Source: Squalus acanthias (lineage: Eukaryota). Taken from it: 64,000 nt of DNA. Location: assembly GCA_030390025.1 (NCBI GenBank), contig CM059431.1, forward strand, positions 137,394,001 through 137,458,000. The letters are read 5' to 3'. The notes under the pieces were generated by a model, which was given only the letters and a program-made list of their open reading frames with translations, had not been told where the DNA came from and made no database searches. A program made the position numbers and the translations under genes. Shown piece by piece: positions 39,329 through 53,300 of this stretch (positions are counted from its first letter, which is position 1; every line of letters starts with the position of its first letter).

Positions 39329-41164
39329 GTCAGTATTCCGGCGATATTGCTTTCAAATACCTGTTGTTGGCCTCTGAATCGAACTGTTTAGAACAGTTCC
39401 AGAGACGATAAAGGGATTGGACTCATGCTGTGAGATACTAGTGACCCAACGAATGGACAGAAGTTACAACATAAAAGCAGGCCAGTCGGCCCAATGAGTC
39501 CGAGTCACAGTACTAGTGAACATGAACCAAACCGTCCCCGAACGCGAGCCAATCGCTAATTTCCGTTAGATCCAGCAGTATTGCCTAAGTGTCCGGTCAT
39601 AAAGTCTCTCGGGCTCTAAAACAGGACCCAGAGTCCCGAGCGGTGATCGATAATCTCGGGTAAGTTATCGAAGAGGCATGGCTCTTGTTAGGAACAATGC
39701 GGGTAATTTTATCTCTGAGCGATGGTGTTTAATGGGCGATATGGAATTAGCGCCCGTTAGATGTCCTGTGTGATTTCCCTTCCATTGAATTCCATGGAAG
39801 GGAAAATCTGGCAGGTTGATGTCAAAGCCTATTCGATATCGTCCGTTTTGAGCTGTCGCTCAACGTTAAAATATATGTAGAAATTTGATAAGTTTATCTG
39901 CATAAATAGTGCAGCATCTTCTCGGATTGTTGCATATCTTCAGTCTGAATGTTTCAGTGAAGCTCATGTCTTAAATGTACAATATTGCGTGTGTACTGAT
40001 ACGAATTTTCTGTGCTAACATTTAATATAGAAATTACAAGCTGTGGTTGATTAGTTCTCAACCGGCTCGGTAGTGAATATCAGTACAAGCTTTTAAACAA
40101 GGTCCTATTTCTCAAATTGTATTTTCGGTAATTTGCTCGCTTTGACGTTAAACGCCAGCAGTGACTTGTTCGGCCGACTGGCCTGTTTTATTGTGTTGTA
40201 ACTTCTAGGCCTTTCAATTTCTATATCTGTTTGTTGGATGATTGTTGTTTGGAACGTCAGCAGTGAATACAAATGGATGCTTGAGGTGACGTTGCATTTT
40301 GTAATTAGAAGAGAATGAAGCTATTTGCACCGAAATCTGTGGCTCTTCGGCAAACAGAAGGAGCTTATCCCATCAGTTTATTAGTAACAACTGATTATAC
40401 AATTTGTACTGATCACAACGTAGAATTAAAACAATTGTCTTAACTTGTATACATTCAACCGAATTAAGACATTAATGTTTACATTGATGCAATTCTGTTA
40501 ATTTTTATTTCAATGGACAGTGTAGCCTCATACATTAATATTATTAATTTTTTAAGTGTTTTATTATTATAATGATAGACAACAGGATGTAACTTAAGTG
40601 GGAAGATTTTCGCTTGGCTGTATTGGATGATTAACTAAAATATGCCCCGGGAAACATTATTTTGGTTGATAATTGTAGTGAAATCTCATTTCAAAACACC
40701 ATACTTGCGATTTCAGGATGAATACCAGACAGAAAAAAACATGAATGCAGCAACAATATGCTGATCAATTGGGGCATAAATCATTCCCTTGACTAAATTT
40801 CAAGTCTGGGGAAGAGTGTTTTTTTCCCAGAAATTCGTTTTTTCGGGTTTTGTGAACTGAAATACTAAAATCCACCGCACCTGATTCGTGAAAAGAAGCA
40901 CTTGTCAAGATTGAAAGAAAATAACTTCATGAACATGACGTAAAAATATCACAATGATAACTTCAATAGAAATTTATTGAGTTCGAAATATATATTTATA
41001 GATTGGGTGCCAGTTTGGTTAAAGTGTCACAAATTGCCATTGTCAGACTGTAATATCATAAAGAATATTGTTTAGTCAGTATAAAGCGAAAATTTGCTAT
41101 ATTAATATGTGTGACATTTCCTTCTTATTCACAATGTGTTTATTGCCCAGTCTTTACTTGGAAC

Positions 41165-41329
41165 ATGGAGACTTCACTGAGCACTGAAGGGAGCGTCATG
41201 AGTCCCCATATTAACCCGCAATCCGATAGAAGGGAAGTCCCAGTGAGACGAGGAGGCTCCCGGACTTATTCACTGAACAGAAGAGTAACCGGTCCCGGAA
41301 ATCAGATGGGAAAACCAAAAGCATTGGGT
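41165..41329 (+). CDS. MS4A-like copy B coding exon 1: [11 protein letters not shown]...QMGKPKALG
   Basis: Acceptor at 41150, AACATGG start context, GGT|GTAAGA donor. Confidence 0.88.
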
Positions 41330-44300
41330 GTAAGATAAAAACATTTCTATTATTCTTTTTTCCCTTCTCAAGTAAATCACAATTTCAGTTGGCAATGGTC
41401 TACTTTCAAGGCGTCTTGAATAAAAATGGTTCTGGTCACTAGGGATAAGGACATCATTAATTAGCTGCTGAAGATTAATTCCCATCTCTATTTCTGCCGA
41501 AATTGATGTAATTAATGAGAAGCTAGATAAGTACCTGGCGGAGGAAGGGATTGAAGGTTATGTTATTAAGTTGGGATGGAAAGGTATGGTTGGGGTGGAC
41601 CATAAGGCCAGTTGGGCAGAATAGTCTCCCTCTGTGCAGTAGACGCTATGTAATTCTATATAATGTAAATTGTAAACACCATTAGTATGATCGCATGCAC
41701 GATTTCGCTAGGGATGCTAACTGGGAAATATTTTCCTGAGTGCATTTTTGAGTTTTCAGTGTCAGTCTCAGGATATGGGGATCGCTGGATTGCTCATCTC
41801 TAGCTGCCCTTTAGTAGGTGGTGGACCATCTTCTTGATCCTCTGCATTCCATGTGGTGAAGTTACTCCCACGATGTTGCTAGGTAGGGAGTTCCAGGATA
41901 CAGCGACTATGAATGAGCGGCGATATATTTCCAAGTCGGGTTGCTGGTTGACTTGGAGAGGGACTTAGCGATGATGGTGTACCCATGCACCTGCTGCTCT
42001 TGTCCTTCTGGTGGAGATCCCGGTGTGACAGCTGCTTTTGAAGAAGCCTCAATGAGCTACTGCAGTACATCCTGTACATGGTACACACTGCTTCCACGGT
42101 GCGCCGGAGGTGGAAGGAATGCGTTCGCCCAAGTATGTAGGCGTTTCTTTTTTCTTTTTCCTTATTCGTTCACAGGATGCGGGTGTCGCTGGAATGGCCA
42201 GCATTTATTGCCCATCCCTAATTGCGCTTGAACAGGTGGTGGTGAGCCACTTTCTTGAACCGCTGCAGTAACGATTTGGTACAACTGAGTGGCTTGCTAG
42301 TCCATTTCAGAGGGCAGTTAATATCAACCACATTGCTGTGGGTCTGGAGTCACATATCGGCCTCACCGGCTAAGGACTGCAGCTTTCCTTTCCTAAAGGT
42401 CATTAGTGAACCAGATGGGTTTTTACGGCAAGCCGGTAGTTTCAATGGTCACCATTACTGATACTCGCTTTTTATTCCAGATTTATGTATTTTACTGAAC
42501 TTAAATTCCCCGGCTACCGTGGTGAGATTTGGAGCTCATGTCTCTGGATCATTAGTCCAGGACTCTGGATTACTAGTTTATTAAAATAACCACTATGCTA
42601 CCGTACCCCTTATCCAGTGATCTCAATCACTTTTCATGGAAGTTTTATTTGTCTCGATCCTTGATCTCTCGCTCTCTTTGCCACCCCCTCTCCCTCTCTC
42701 GCACACGCACACTAACATGTTGGTTGATTTTATATAGTTTACCTTTATTTTGCACAGTACGATATTGTTCTCTTTTAGGTCACTCACATTGTGTTGGGAA
42801 TATGTTTTATAATATTCTGGACGCCATTAATTCTGAGTCCGATATCGATACCAGGAGAACACAGAACACACTGGCGGAGCGGTCTGTCGGTGAGTTTACA
42901 TCCAATGTCCTAAGTAGAACACGCTTGGAGGAATTTCACTCTGCTTAGAATTGACTAGATGAGACGGGTGTATTTCTTTGCCCTTTTTTGCACAGAAGGC
43001 TTGCTATAATATTCCGCTGATCGTCGTTATATCATCGGAGGGGTAAACTTTATTTTAAAAATATTAATGTTTCCGTTAAAATAGCGAACAGATGGAATGT
43101 CAGACTAACGAGATTTCCGAAGGTGAAATCAGAAACAATAAATTCCAGAAGTCGATTTATTTAAATTCGTTGGTTGTATAGAGATCGCTTATTGTGTATT
43201 GTTTTTTGTCCGAGGTTTGATGGTCGGGGAGCACAGGAACAAATGGAGGCGATTCAACATCTCCAGGCTGTTTCGCTTTTCAAGTGGCTGATCTTTACCT
43301 CAACTCTATTTACCTGCCTTGATTCATTATATTCATTAATACCCTTACCCAGCAATAATGTAGCTATCTCAGTCTTGAAAATGTCTTTCGACTTAACCTC
43401 GACAGCTTCTAGGGTGGGAGATTCCAGATTGTCACTATCCTTTGTGTGAAGATGTGCTTCCTTGCATCACCACTGAAACTGTACATCTCTAATTTGAAGG
43501 CTGTGTCCCCTAATTCGGGACTTCCCCACCAGAGGAAATTAGTGTCTCTCTAGCACAGCAAATCCTTTAATCGTTCTATCCACCTCAATCAGATCACCTC
43601 TTCATCTTTCACATTCAAGCGATTACAAGGCTAGTCTATGCGAACTGTCCTAGTTAGTTACACACTTTACGTCCAGGTAGAATTCTGGTGAATCTGCGCT
43701 GCAACCCATCCAAGACCAATATATCCTTCCTGAGGTGCGGTGCCCGGAACTGTGAGCAGTACTCCAGTTTGGGTCTGCCCAGATATTTAAACTGTAGAAT
43801 AACTTTCATCCCTTTGGATTCCGGCTCCCTTGAGATTAAAGCTAACATTACATAAATTATCAAGAAGTATTTTTTTCATAGAGATCCATATTACATAGAA
43901 TTACAGAACAGAAACAGGCAATTTGGCCCTACTGGTCTGTGTTTATGCTCTGCACGAGCCTCCTCCCACCCTTATAAATGTAACCCTATTATTCTATTCC
44001 TGTTCCAGTCTCCTTCATGAATTGATCTAGCGTTCCCTTAAATGCATCGATGCTAATCGCCTGAACTACTCAATATGTAGTAAGTTCCAAATTCTAACCA
44101 CTCTCTGGGTAAATAAGATTCTCCTGAAATCCTTTTGGATTTATTGGTGAATATCTTTTATTTATGACTACTAGTTTTTGACTCCTCAAATCTTCTCGAC
44201 GTCTACCCTATCAAAACCCTTGTTAATTTTAAAGAAATCAATAGGACACCGCTCAGCCGTCACTTCTGTTCACTCTTTCCTGATAGTTATAAACTCTCAG

Positions 44301-47300
44301 TTCTGGTATTATTCTTGTACCTCTTTATTGCACTTTCTCCAGAGCCGCTATATCCTTTTTGTAATATGGAGCCCGGAACACTCCACAGTATTCTATGAGT
44401 CGTCTAACAATGCTTCTATATAAGTTCAACATAAACTCTCTTCTTTTCAATACTATTCCTCTAGAAATGAAATCCAGTGCTATTCCTCTACAACTGAAAC
44501 CCAGTTCTCTGTCTGCATTTTAATAGACTTCTTAATCTGCGTCTCTACTTTTAATGATTTATGAATCAGTACCCCTAGATCTCTTTGATCCTCTACCCCA
44601 TTCAGACTCTTATTTTCCTATCAGTTTATGGCCTCCTTATACCTCCTACCAAGATGTACCAGCTCACACTTATCTATATTTAAATTAATTTACCAACTGC
44701 CCGCCCAGTGTGCAAGCTTATTAACGTCTTCTTGTATTTTGTCGCAGTTTTCCTCAGTATTAAGTTTATCCCCCAATTTGATTCACTCCAGAAATTTTGA
44801 AATTGTACTTCCGATCCTGGGACCAAATCATTTATGTAAATGATTATATAACTGCTGTTCCCGTTTTTCGTGATTTCACTACGCGGAGCCCTAAATCTCT
44901 CTGCTCCTCCACAGTGCAAACCTTCTCACCATTTAGAAAATACACTGATCCATTTTCTCAGGTCCACAGTGAATGCACTGTGCCACAGTTTTGCCCACTC
45001 ACTTAATTTATCAATGTCCCAGTAAAACTTTCTGCCCCCATTTCCAAAATTTACTGTGCCACCTAACTTGTTGTCGACAGTAAACTTGTTAACATGGTTC
45101 TCTATTCCTTCATCTAAGGCATTGATAGATATAGTGATAAGCTGAGGCCTCAGCCCAGATCCCTGGGCGACACCACTAATCACAGCCTGTGAAGGTTCAA
45201 ACAGAAAGAAATGTTTCATAGTTTTAGAGCGTTGTTATAATTATAGACAGGCTTTATCATCAGAAGTTGATATGTCACATTTTTTTCAGTTTATAATTTG
45301 TTGGTGCATATGGTGTGTTCTGGAAAAGACAACATCTACAATCCTTGTAAGTATCTCCATAATGGCTTTCCACTTCAACAAAGCTCTCCATTGCAAGAAG
45401 TAATGTTTCATCTTGAAATTCTGGTTACTGGGCTGATTATGTGCATATTAGCAAAGTAACCGTCAACTGGGATTGTTCAAGCAACTATTAGCCCCTATAA
45501 TGAGGGTGGATCTTGACTTTGTGCGATAGTGTCAAAGTAGTGGTAGCCAGTCAGCAGCCCATCTTACATCTCCCCCTATTTATATTTCCATTGACTGCAA
45601 TGGGATGGAAATTGGGGCGGGGTTGATAAAATGGGCGGTTAAATCGACATCACTTGTTTTACACGATTGTCGAAATTAAAAATTAGACTCAATGGGACTA
45701 TATGTTGACTTTGTGCGATAGTGTAAAACGTGTGATAGCGAATCTGCAGCACATTTTACCTTTCTACCGTATAACATTTCTAGAGGAATACAACTCAAAA
45801 GCAGAGAGTTTATATTAAACTGATACAAAACCTTGGTTAGACCACACTTAGAGTATTGTGCACTATTCTGATCTCCATATGACAAAAGGGTTATAGAGGC
45901 ACTGCAGAAAGTAACAAATACAAACAATTTACAAGGATGATGGCAGAAAAGAATGGTTACAACTATCAGAAAAGACCGAGAAGGCTGGATATATTTTCGC
46001 TTGAAAAGAGCAAAATGTGAGATGAATTGAAATTACGAAGAAGTTCGCTATGGGAGACGTAGAGAAAATGATTCCACTTGTGTGTGGGGGGAAGGGGGGG
46101 TCCACCAAAACTAAAGTCTTAAATATAAGACAGTCACTACTGAATCCAATAACGAATTAATGAGATGCTTCTTTACTCAGAGAGTGGAGAGAAATAATTG
46201 CATTTATGTAGCGCCTTTTCTACAATTCTACAATTGATGCATGTAACGGGAAGCTGTATACGTACATGAGGGAGAAAGGAAAAGAAGGATAGTGTGAGAT
46301 GAATTATGTTGGGAGAGGCCTCTGTGGAGCATCGACATGTTGGTGTGGTGTAAAATTCTATGTAATTCTAAGTAATATATATCTTCAGAGGACTTCAATA
46401 GAAAGGGGGAACCAGTCCCCGAACTCGTAGGGAGGGAGAGAGGTAAAAATAATCGAGGTGTGACGTCACCAGAAAGCAGGTAAGTAATTGGTTGGTGAGT
46501 ATTTCTCTCTTTTTAAACTTAAACTCCGTGGGGGAAAAATTCAGTCGCGCCCCGTTTGGGCCGCAATTATCGGCCGGGCGCAAAGATTAGCGCCTGGCGC
46601 TAATTATCGCCACCGACTGCAAATTTGGCTTTTATCACCCCTGGAGGTGATTGCAGCGCTAAATCAGGCGCTTCACACCTGTTTTATGGCGCAAAGGCCG
46701 AGGAGCGAGGCGCTACCTCAGAGTGCTGGCGAAGCTCATGTAATGTCAGTCAGTAATGGAACACACACACAATGGCACGGGCCAGTTCTTAAAGGGGATG
46801 GTTAATCTTGCTTTCCATCCACATCCTACTCATTGTAGCCTTGAATCTCGGCCTGGAGAGACCTGCACATCAAATGTGCTGGAAAGAACAATGGAGAGTA
46901 CCAGGCAAAGAGCTCAGAGTGCAGCCCCCCACAGTCTCTGCTAAAACGAAAAAGGAATGGCAAATCAACATGAACCTGCAAAGTGCTGCTCAATACCCAA
47001 AACTCCTTCACACAACGTTGAATCTCTCCAGAAGTCTCTCCCTCTCTCTCTCAGAATGCGTAGTTCAAAAATGGCACCAACAATAAAAGGCAGGAAGCGG
47101 TCACCTTTAAATAGTGCTCCCCCTTTCCCTTCATGACTGCAGAACGCTCCCCTCAACCTGTCATTGCTAGCGTCAGGCGGTAAGGCAGGGGGCGCCACTC
47201 AATATCCGCTCCGGGGCGATACCGGGGCGTTGCGCACTCGAGTGACGTCATGATCTGCTGGCGCAGGAGATCGTGGCGGTAGTGTTTAGCGCCGCTGCAA

Positions 47301-50300
47301 AATGTCTAGTTAAGTTCGCGAGCGGCGCAAACATCGCTGCGCCCGGGCGCTAGCTGCTTTGCGCCCCATTAGCGCCCTCTTAAGGCGCTAATGGGAGGTG
47401 CAACCAACTGAATTTTTCCCCCTGTGGGTTGTAGTTAATAAGGCCTTTCTGGTGCAGAGTGACTGTTGGTAAACCATTTAACTGGTGTAATTTAGAGGGA
47501 TTGATTTAATTTAAATCTAATTAATTAGAGGGGATACTAGCATCTATAATCGGGCAGATGGACCCCATTGAGGCTCACAGTGATTACATCTGTGACAAGT
47601 GTCTGCTGCTACAGGAACTCCAGCTTCGTATTGATGAGCTGGAGTCTGAGCTTCAGACACTGCAACACATCAGGGTAGGGGAGAAGTACCTGGACTTTGT
47701 GTTTCAGGAGGTGGTCACACCTATGAAGTTAATTAATTCAGATGTAGCCCATGCTCAGGGACAGGACGGTGTGATTACGAGTGAGGCAGGTACGGGGATC
47801 CAGGAGGTAGTGTTGGAGGAGCCGCAGCCCTTGCTCTTGTCCAACAGGTTCGAGGTCTTACTCCCTGTGGGGACGGGAGCAGGGACTGCAGGGAGGATGA
47901 GCAACCTGGCCACAGCACCGTGGAACGGGGGGCAATTCAAGAGGGGGGAGTAAATAGAAATGTTGTAGTGGTAGGGGAATAGTATTATTAGGGGGATAGA
48001 TAGAGTTCTCTGCAGCCGAGAGCGAGAGTCCCATAGGCTGTGTTGCCTGCCCGGTGCCAGGGTTAAGGACATCTCCTCTGGGCTGGAAAGAAACTTGCAG
48101 TGGGAGGGGGTGGATCCAGTTGTCGTGGTCCATGTTGGTACAAACGACGTAGATAAGACAAGGAAGCCGCTTCTGTTAAAGGAGTATGAGCAGCTAGGGG
48201 TCAAATTAAAAAACACAACCTCAAGGGTAATAATCTCTGGATTATTACCTGAGCCACGAGCGAATTTGGCTCGGACAAATAAAATTAGGGAGTTAAATGA
48301 GTGTCTCAAAGATTGGTGTGGGAAAAATGGGTTTTGCTTCCTGGGACACTGGCACCAGTACTGGGGCAGGAGGGAGCTGTTCCATTTGGACGGGCTTCAC
48401 TTGGCCAGTGCTGGGACAAGAGTCCTGGCGGATCATATAACTAGGGCTGTAGAGAGGGCTTTAAACTAACTAGTGGGGGGGAGGTTCCTAGAGAGCAAAT
48501 AAAAAAAATGACAACAGAGAAGGTCATAGACTTAGGTGGCAGTGGGGAAATTAAAAACCAGAGTGTGTCAGGAAGGGGCAGAAGGTATGGAGTAAAAGGT
48601 AAAGTAATAAAAAGGGCAAAAGCAGGAACTAAGTGTCACAAAACATATTTGAAAGTTCTCTATCTGAATGCACGTAGCATTCGTAACAAAATAGACGAGT
48701 TAATGACACAAATAACTACATATGGGTATGATCTTGTGGCTATTACAGAAAAATGGCTGTAGGGTGACAATGCCTGGGAATTAAACATACCAGGTTATTT
48801 AACGATCTAGAAGGACAGGCAGGAAGGAAGGGGAGGTGGGGTGGCTATGTTAATAAAGGAAGGAATCACTGTAATACAGAGAAATGATATTGGGTCAAAA
48901 GATCAGGATAATGAAACAGTTTGGGTGGAGATAAGGAATAATAAGGGGGAAAAAACACTAGTGGGCGTAGTCTATAGGCCTCCGAACAGTTGCAACTCTG
49001 TTGGACGGAGTATCAATCAGGAAATAGTTGAGGCTTGTACTAAGGGAACATCTTTAATTATGGGGGATTTTAACTCCCATATTAATTGGACAAATCAAAT
49101 TGGGCAGGACTGCCTTGAGGATGAGTTAATTGAGTGTATTAGGGATGGGTTTCTTCAGCAGTATGTAACTGAACCGACCAGGGGGCAAGCAACCTTAGAT
49201 CTGGTCCTGTGTAACGAGACAGAATTAATTAAAAATGTCCTAGTAAAGGATCCCCTTGGAATGAGAGACTATAACATGTTTGAATTCCATATTCAATTAG
49301 AGGGTGAGAAGGTTGGATCTCAAACAAGCATGCTAAGCTTGAATAAAGGAGACTATGAAGGTATGCGAGCGGAATAGAGTAGAGTGGATTAGGAAAATAG
49401 ATTAAAGGGTAAGACGATACATGATCAGTGGTGTACATTTAAGGAGTTATTTTACAACTTCCAAAAAATATATATTCCACTGAGAAGAAAAGGCTGTAAA
49501 AGAAAAGACAGTCATCTGTGGCTAAGTAAAGAAATTAAGGATAGTATTCGACTAAAAACAAGGGTGAATAAGGTAGCCAAATCTAGTGGGAGGATAGAGG
49601 ATTGGGAAAACTTTAAAAGACAGCAAAAAATAACAAAAAGATCGATTAAGAAAGGGAAGATAGATTATGAAAGTAAATTAGCAAAACATAGAAAAACAGA
49701 TAGTAAGAGTTTTATATAAAAAGAAAAAGGGTGGCTAAAGTAAATGTTGGTCCCTTAGAGGATGAGACCGGGAAATTAATGATGGGAAATATGGAGATGG
49801 CAAATACACTGAATGGATATTTTGTATCAGTCTTTACAGTAGAGGACACTAAAAAATATCCTAACACTGGACAAACAGGGGGCTATGGGGGGGAGGAGCT
49901 AAACACGATCAAAATCACTAAGGAAGTGGTACTCGGTAAAATAATGGGACTCAAGGCGGATAAATCACTTGGACCTGATGGCTTACATCCGAGGGTCTTG
50001 AGGGAAGTGGCAGTAGGGATTGTGGATGCATTGGTAATAATTTTCCAAAACACCCTGGACTCAGCAAAGATCCCGGCGGCAGACTGGAAAACTGCTAATG
50101 TAACACCCTTATTTAAAAAGGGCAGTAGACAGAAGGCTGGAAACTATAGACCGGTTAGCCTAACATCCGTGGTAGGTAAAATGTTGGCGTCCATTATTAA
50201 GGAGACAGTAACGGGACATTTGGATAATCATAATTTGATAGGACAAAGTCAGAATGTTTTTATGAAGGGGAAGTCATGTTTGACAAATTTGCTAGAGTTC

Positions 50301-53300
50301 TTTGAGGAAGTAACATACAGGCTGGATAAAGGGAACCAGTGGATGTGGTGTATTTAGACTTCCAAAAGGCATTTGACAAGGTGCCACACAAAAGATTATT
50401 GCTTAAGATAATAAATCACGGGATTGGGGGTAATATTCTGGCATGGATAGAGGATTGGCTAACTAACAGAAGACAGAGAGTTGGGATAAATGGTTCATTC
50501 TCAGACTGGGATTCAGGAACTAGTGGTGTTCCGCAGGGGTCGGTGCTGGGTCCCCAACTCTTTACAATCTATCTTAACGATTTGGAGGAGGGGACCGAGT
50601 GTAACATATAAAAGTTTGCAGATGATACTAAGGTGGGAGGGAAAGTAGTGAGTGAGGAGGACATAAAAAATCTGCAAAGGGACATAGACAGACTAAGTAA
50701 GTGGGTAGAGATTTGGCAGATGGAATGCAATACTGGAAAGTGTGAGGTTATGCACTTTGGCAGGAAAAGTAGTAGAGCAAGTTATTATCTTAATGGCAAG
50801 AAACTGGAACATACTGAAGTACAAAGGGATCTGGGGTTCCTGGTGCACGAAACTCAAAAGGTTAGTATGCAGGAGCAGCAAGTGATTAAGAAGGCCAATG
50901 GAATGTTGGATTTCATTGCTAGGGGGATAGAATATAAAAATAGGGAGGTATTGCTTCAGTTGTACAAGGTATTGGTGAGACCGCACCTGGAATACTGCAT
51001 ACAGTTTTGGTGTCCATACTTAAGAAAAGACATACTTGCTCTCAAGTCAGTACAAAGAAGGTTCACTCGGTTAATCCCGGGGATGAGGGGATGGACATAT
51101 GAGGAGAGGTTGGGTAGATTGGGACTATACTCATTGGAGTTCAGAAGAATGAGAGGCGATCTTATTGAAACCTATAAGATTGTGAAGGGGTTGGATCGGG
51201 TGGATGCGGGGAGGATGTTCCCGATGATGGGTGAAACTAGAACTAGGGGGCATAGTCTTAGAATAAGGGGCTGCTCTTTCAAAACTGAGATGAGAAGGAA
51301 CTACTTCACTCAGAGGGGGGTAGGTCCATGGAATATGCTGCCCCAAAAAGCTGTAAAAGCTACATCATTACATTAGTTTTAAACATAAATAGACAGTTTC
51401 CTAGAAGTAAAGGGAATTAAGGGTTACGGGGAGCGGGCAGGAATTTGGACATGAGTCTAGGTTCGGATGGCCCAGTGGGTAGCGTAGCGGGCCCAGGGGC
51501 CGTGTAGCCTGATCCTGCTCCTATTTCGTATGTCCAATTCTGTTAGGTTCAGGAGATGGTTCTGTGATAGTAGATTGGCGGTTAGGATCAGATCAGCCAT
51601 GATCTTATTGAATGGCGGAGCAGGCTCGAGGGGCCAATTGGCCTACTCCTGCTCCTATTTCTTATGTTCTTATGAAATAAAAATGGGGATAAATGAAAAC
51701 GTATTTCCGACTCGCTACCACAGTTTTACACTAGCGCCCAATGTCAAGATCAATCCCACTGTGTTTTACTCATTAGCAGTAGCTGTACTCCTAAACACTT
51801 CTTCTAATTGCTTCCTAGATTGCATTAAAGGTTAACTAGAAAATATTCATCTTTGTAAATATTATGTTATCTGTTCATTTTATTGATCAATATAGTTTTC
51901 TATTTCATACTACATATTTACTCCCTAGAAAACCGTTTCTCCAACAAATTAGAATTATAGAACAATATGCACAGGAGGAGGCCATTCTGCCCGTCGAGCC
52001 TGTGCTGGCTCTTTGAAAGAGCTATCCAATTATTCCAATTCCCCCTGTTCTTTCCCCATTTAGCCGTGTATTTTTGTTCCTCTTTAAGTACATATAGAAT
52101 TCCCTTTTTAAAGTCACTATTGATTCTGTTTCCATCATCCTTTCAGGCAGTGTATTCCAGATTGTAACCAATTGTCATAAATATGAGCTCTCTGGTTACC
52201 ACCCTTATGCCAGTAGAAACAGTCTCTCCCTATCTACTCAAAACAATTCCTAATTTCGAACACCTCTATTATATCTACCCATAAGCCATCTATTCTGAGG
52301 AGAACAATCCCAGCTTCTCCAGTGTCTACACATAACTGAATTCCCTCATCCCATGCACCATTCTGGTAAATCTCCTCTGCTCCGTTTCCAAGGTCTTGAG
52401 ACCCTTCCTAAAGTGTGGTTCCTAGAAATTAGATTGAACAATTCTCAGTTCCATTGTTTATGCTTTATGCTAACCATATGTCCTACTCTGCTGGGTCAAA
52501 AGCCATTCCTAAAAATAAAATGTATTTCTTAATTTTGGAAAATTAGTATTGGATGGAATTTCAAACCCCTTCCCATCTTGAGACAAATGCTTTGAATGAG
52601 AATTTTTGCAAACATTGTTGCAAGTTTTGTGAAAATACAACCAACTACATATATCTGAATAAACTACTGCTTATTCTTCGAAGTTGGCGGCGTATCTGAT
52701 GCTGAATATGATCAGTGCCCTTATTACCATAGCGAATCTGGTCCAGCTTTCCATTGGAAGTGTCTGCGATTCTTGGTCCATTACTTTGGATGTAAGTACA
52801 GAATTGCAATCTTAATACGTGACTAACATCTTTAAATCAACGAAGACTCAATTTGCATCTGTTCTGATTTTTTTTAAGAGAATGTACAGCACAGAAAGAG
52901 GTAAATGTGCCCCAGCAGATCTATTTAGTGTTTATGCACCGCACGGGCCTCCTCTCACCTTACTTCATCTAACCCTATCAACAGAGGCAGATTTTCTTTT
53001 ACCCTCATGTGTTTATCTCACTTCCACTTAAATACTTCTATAATATGCACCAGAACCTTTCCATGTGGTAGCGAGTTCCACATTGTCACAACTCTCTGGT
53101 TAAAAAGATCCTGCTGAATTATTTGTTGAATTTATTCGTGACTAACTTATATTTATGGTCCCTAGTTTTGGACACCTCTACACGTGGAAACATCTCTACA
53201 TCTAACCTGCCTTAATTTTAAAGACCTCTATTAGGTCACCTCTCAGCCTTCTCTATTCTAGAGAAAAGAGCCCACCTTAACAGTCTGTGACGCATTCTCC

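Noticed and set aside
20021..51673. The two long CR1 copies as part of the inverted duplication
   Set aside because: Both are on +, lie in non-equivalent introns, and are more similar to each other than the gene paralogues are, so they are independent later insertions.
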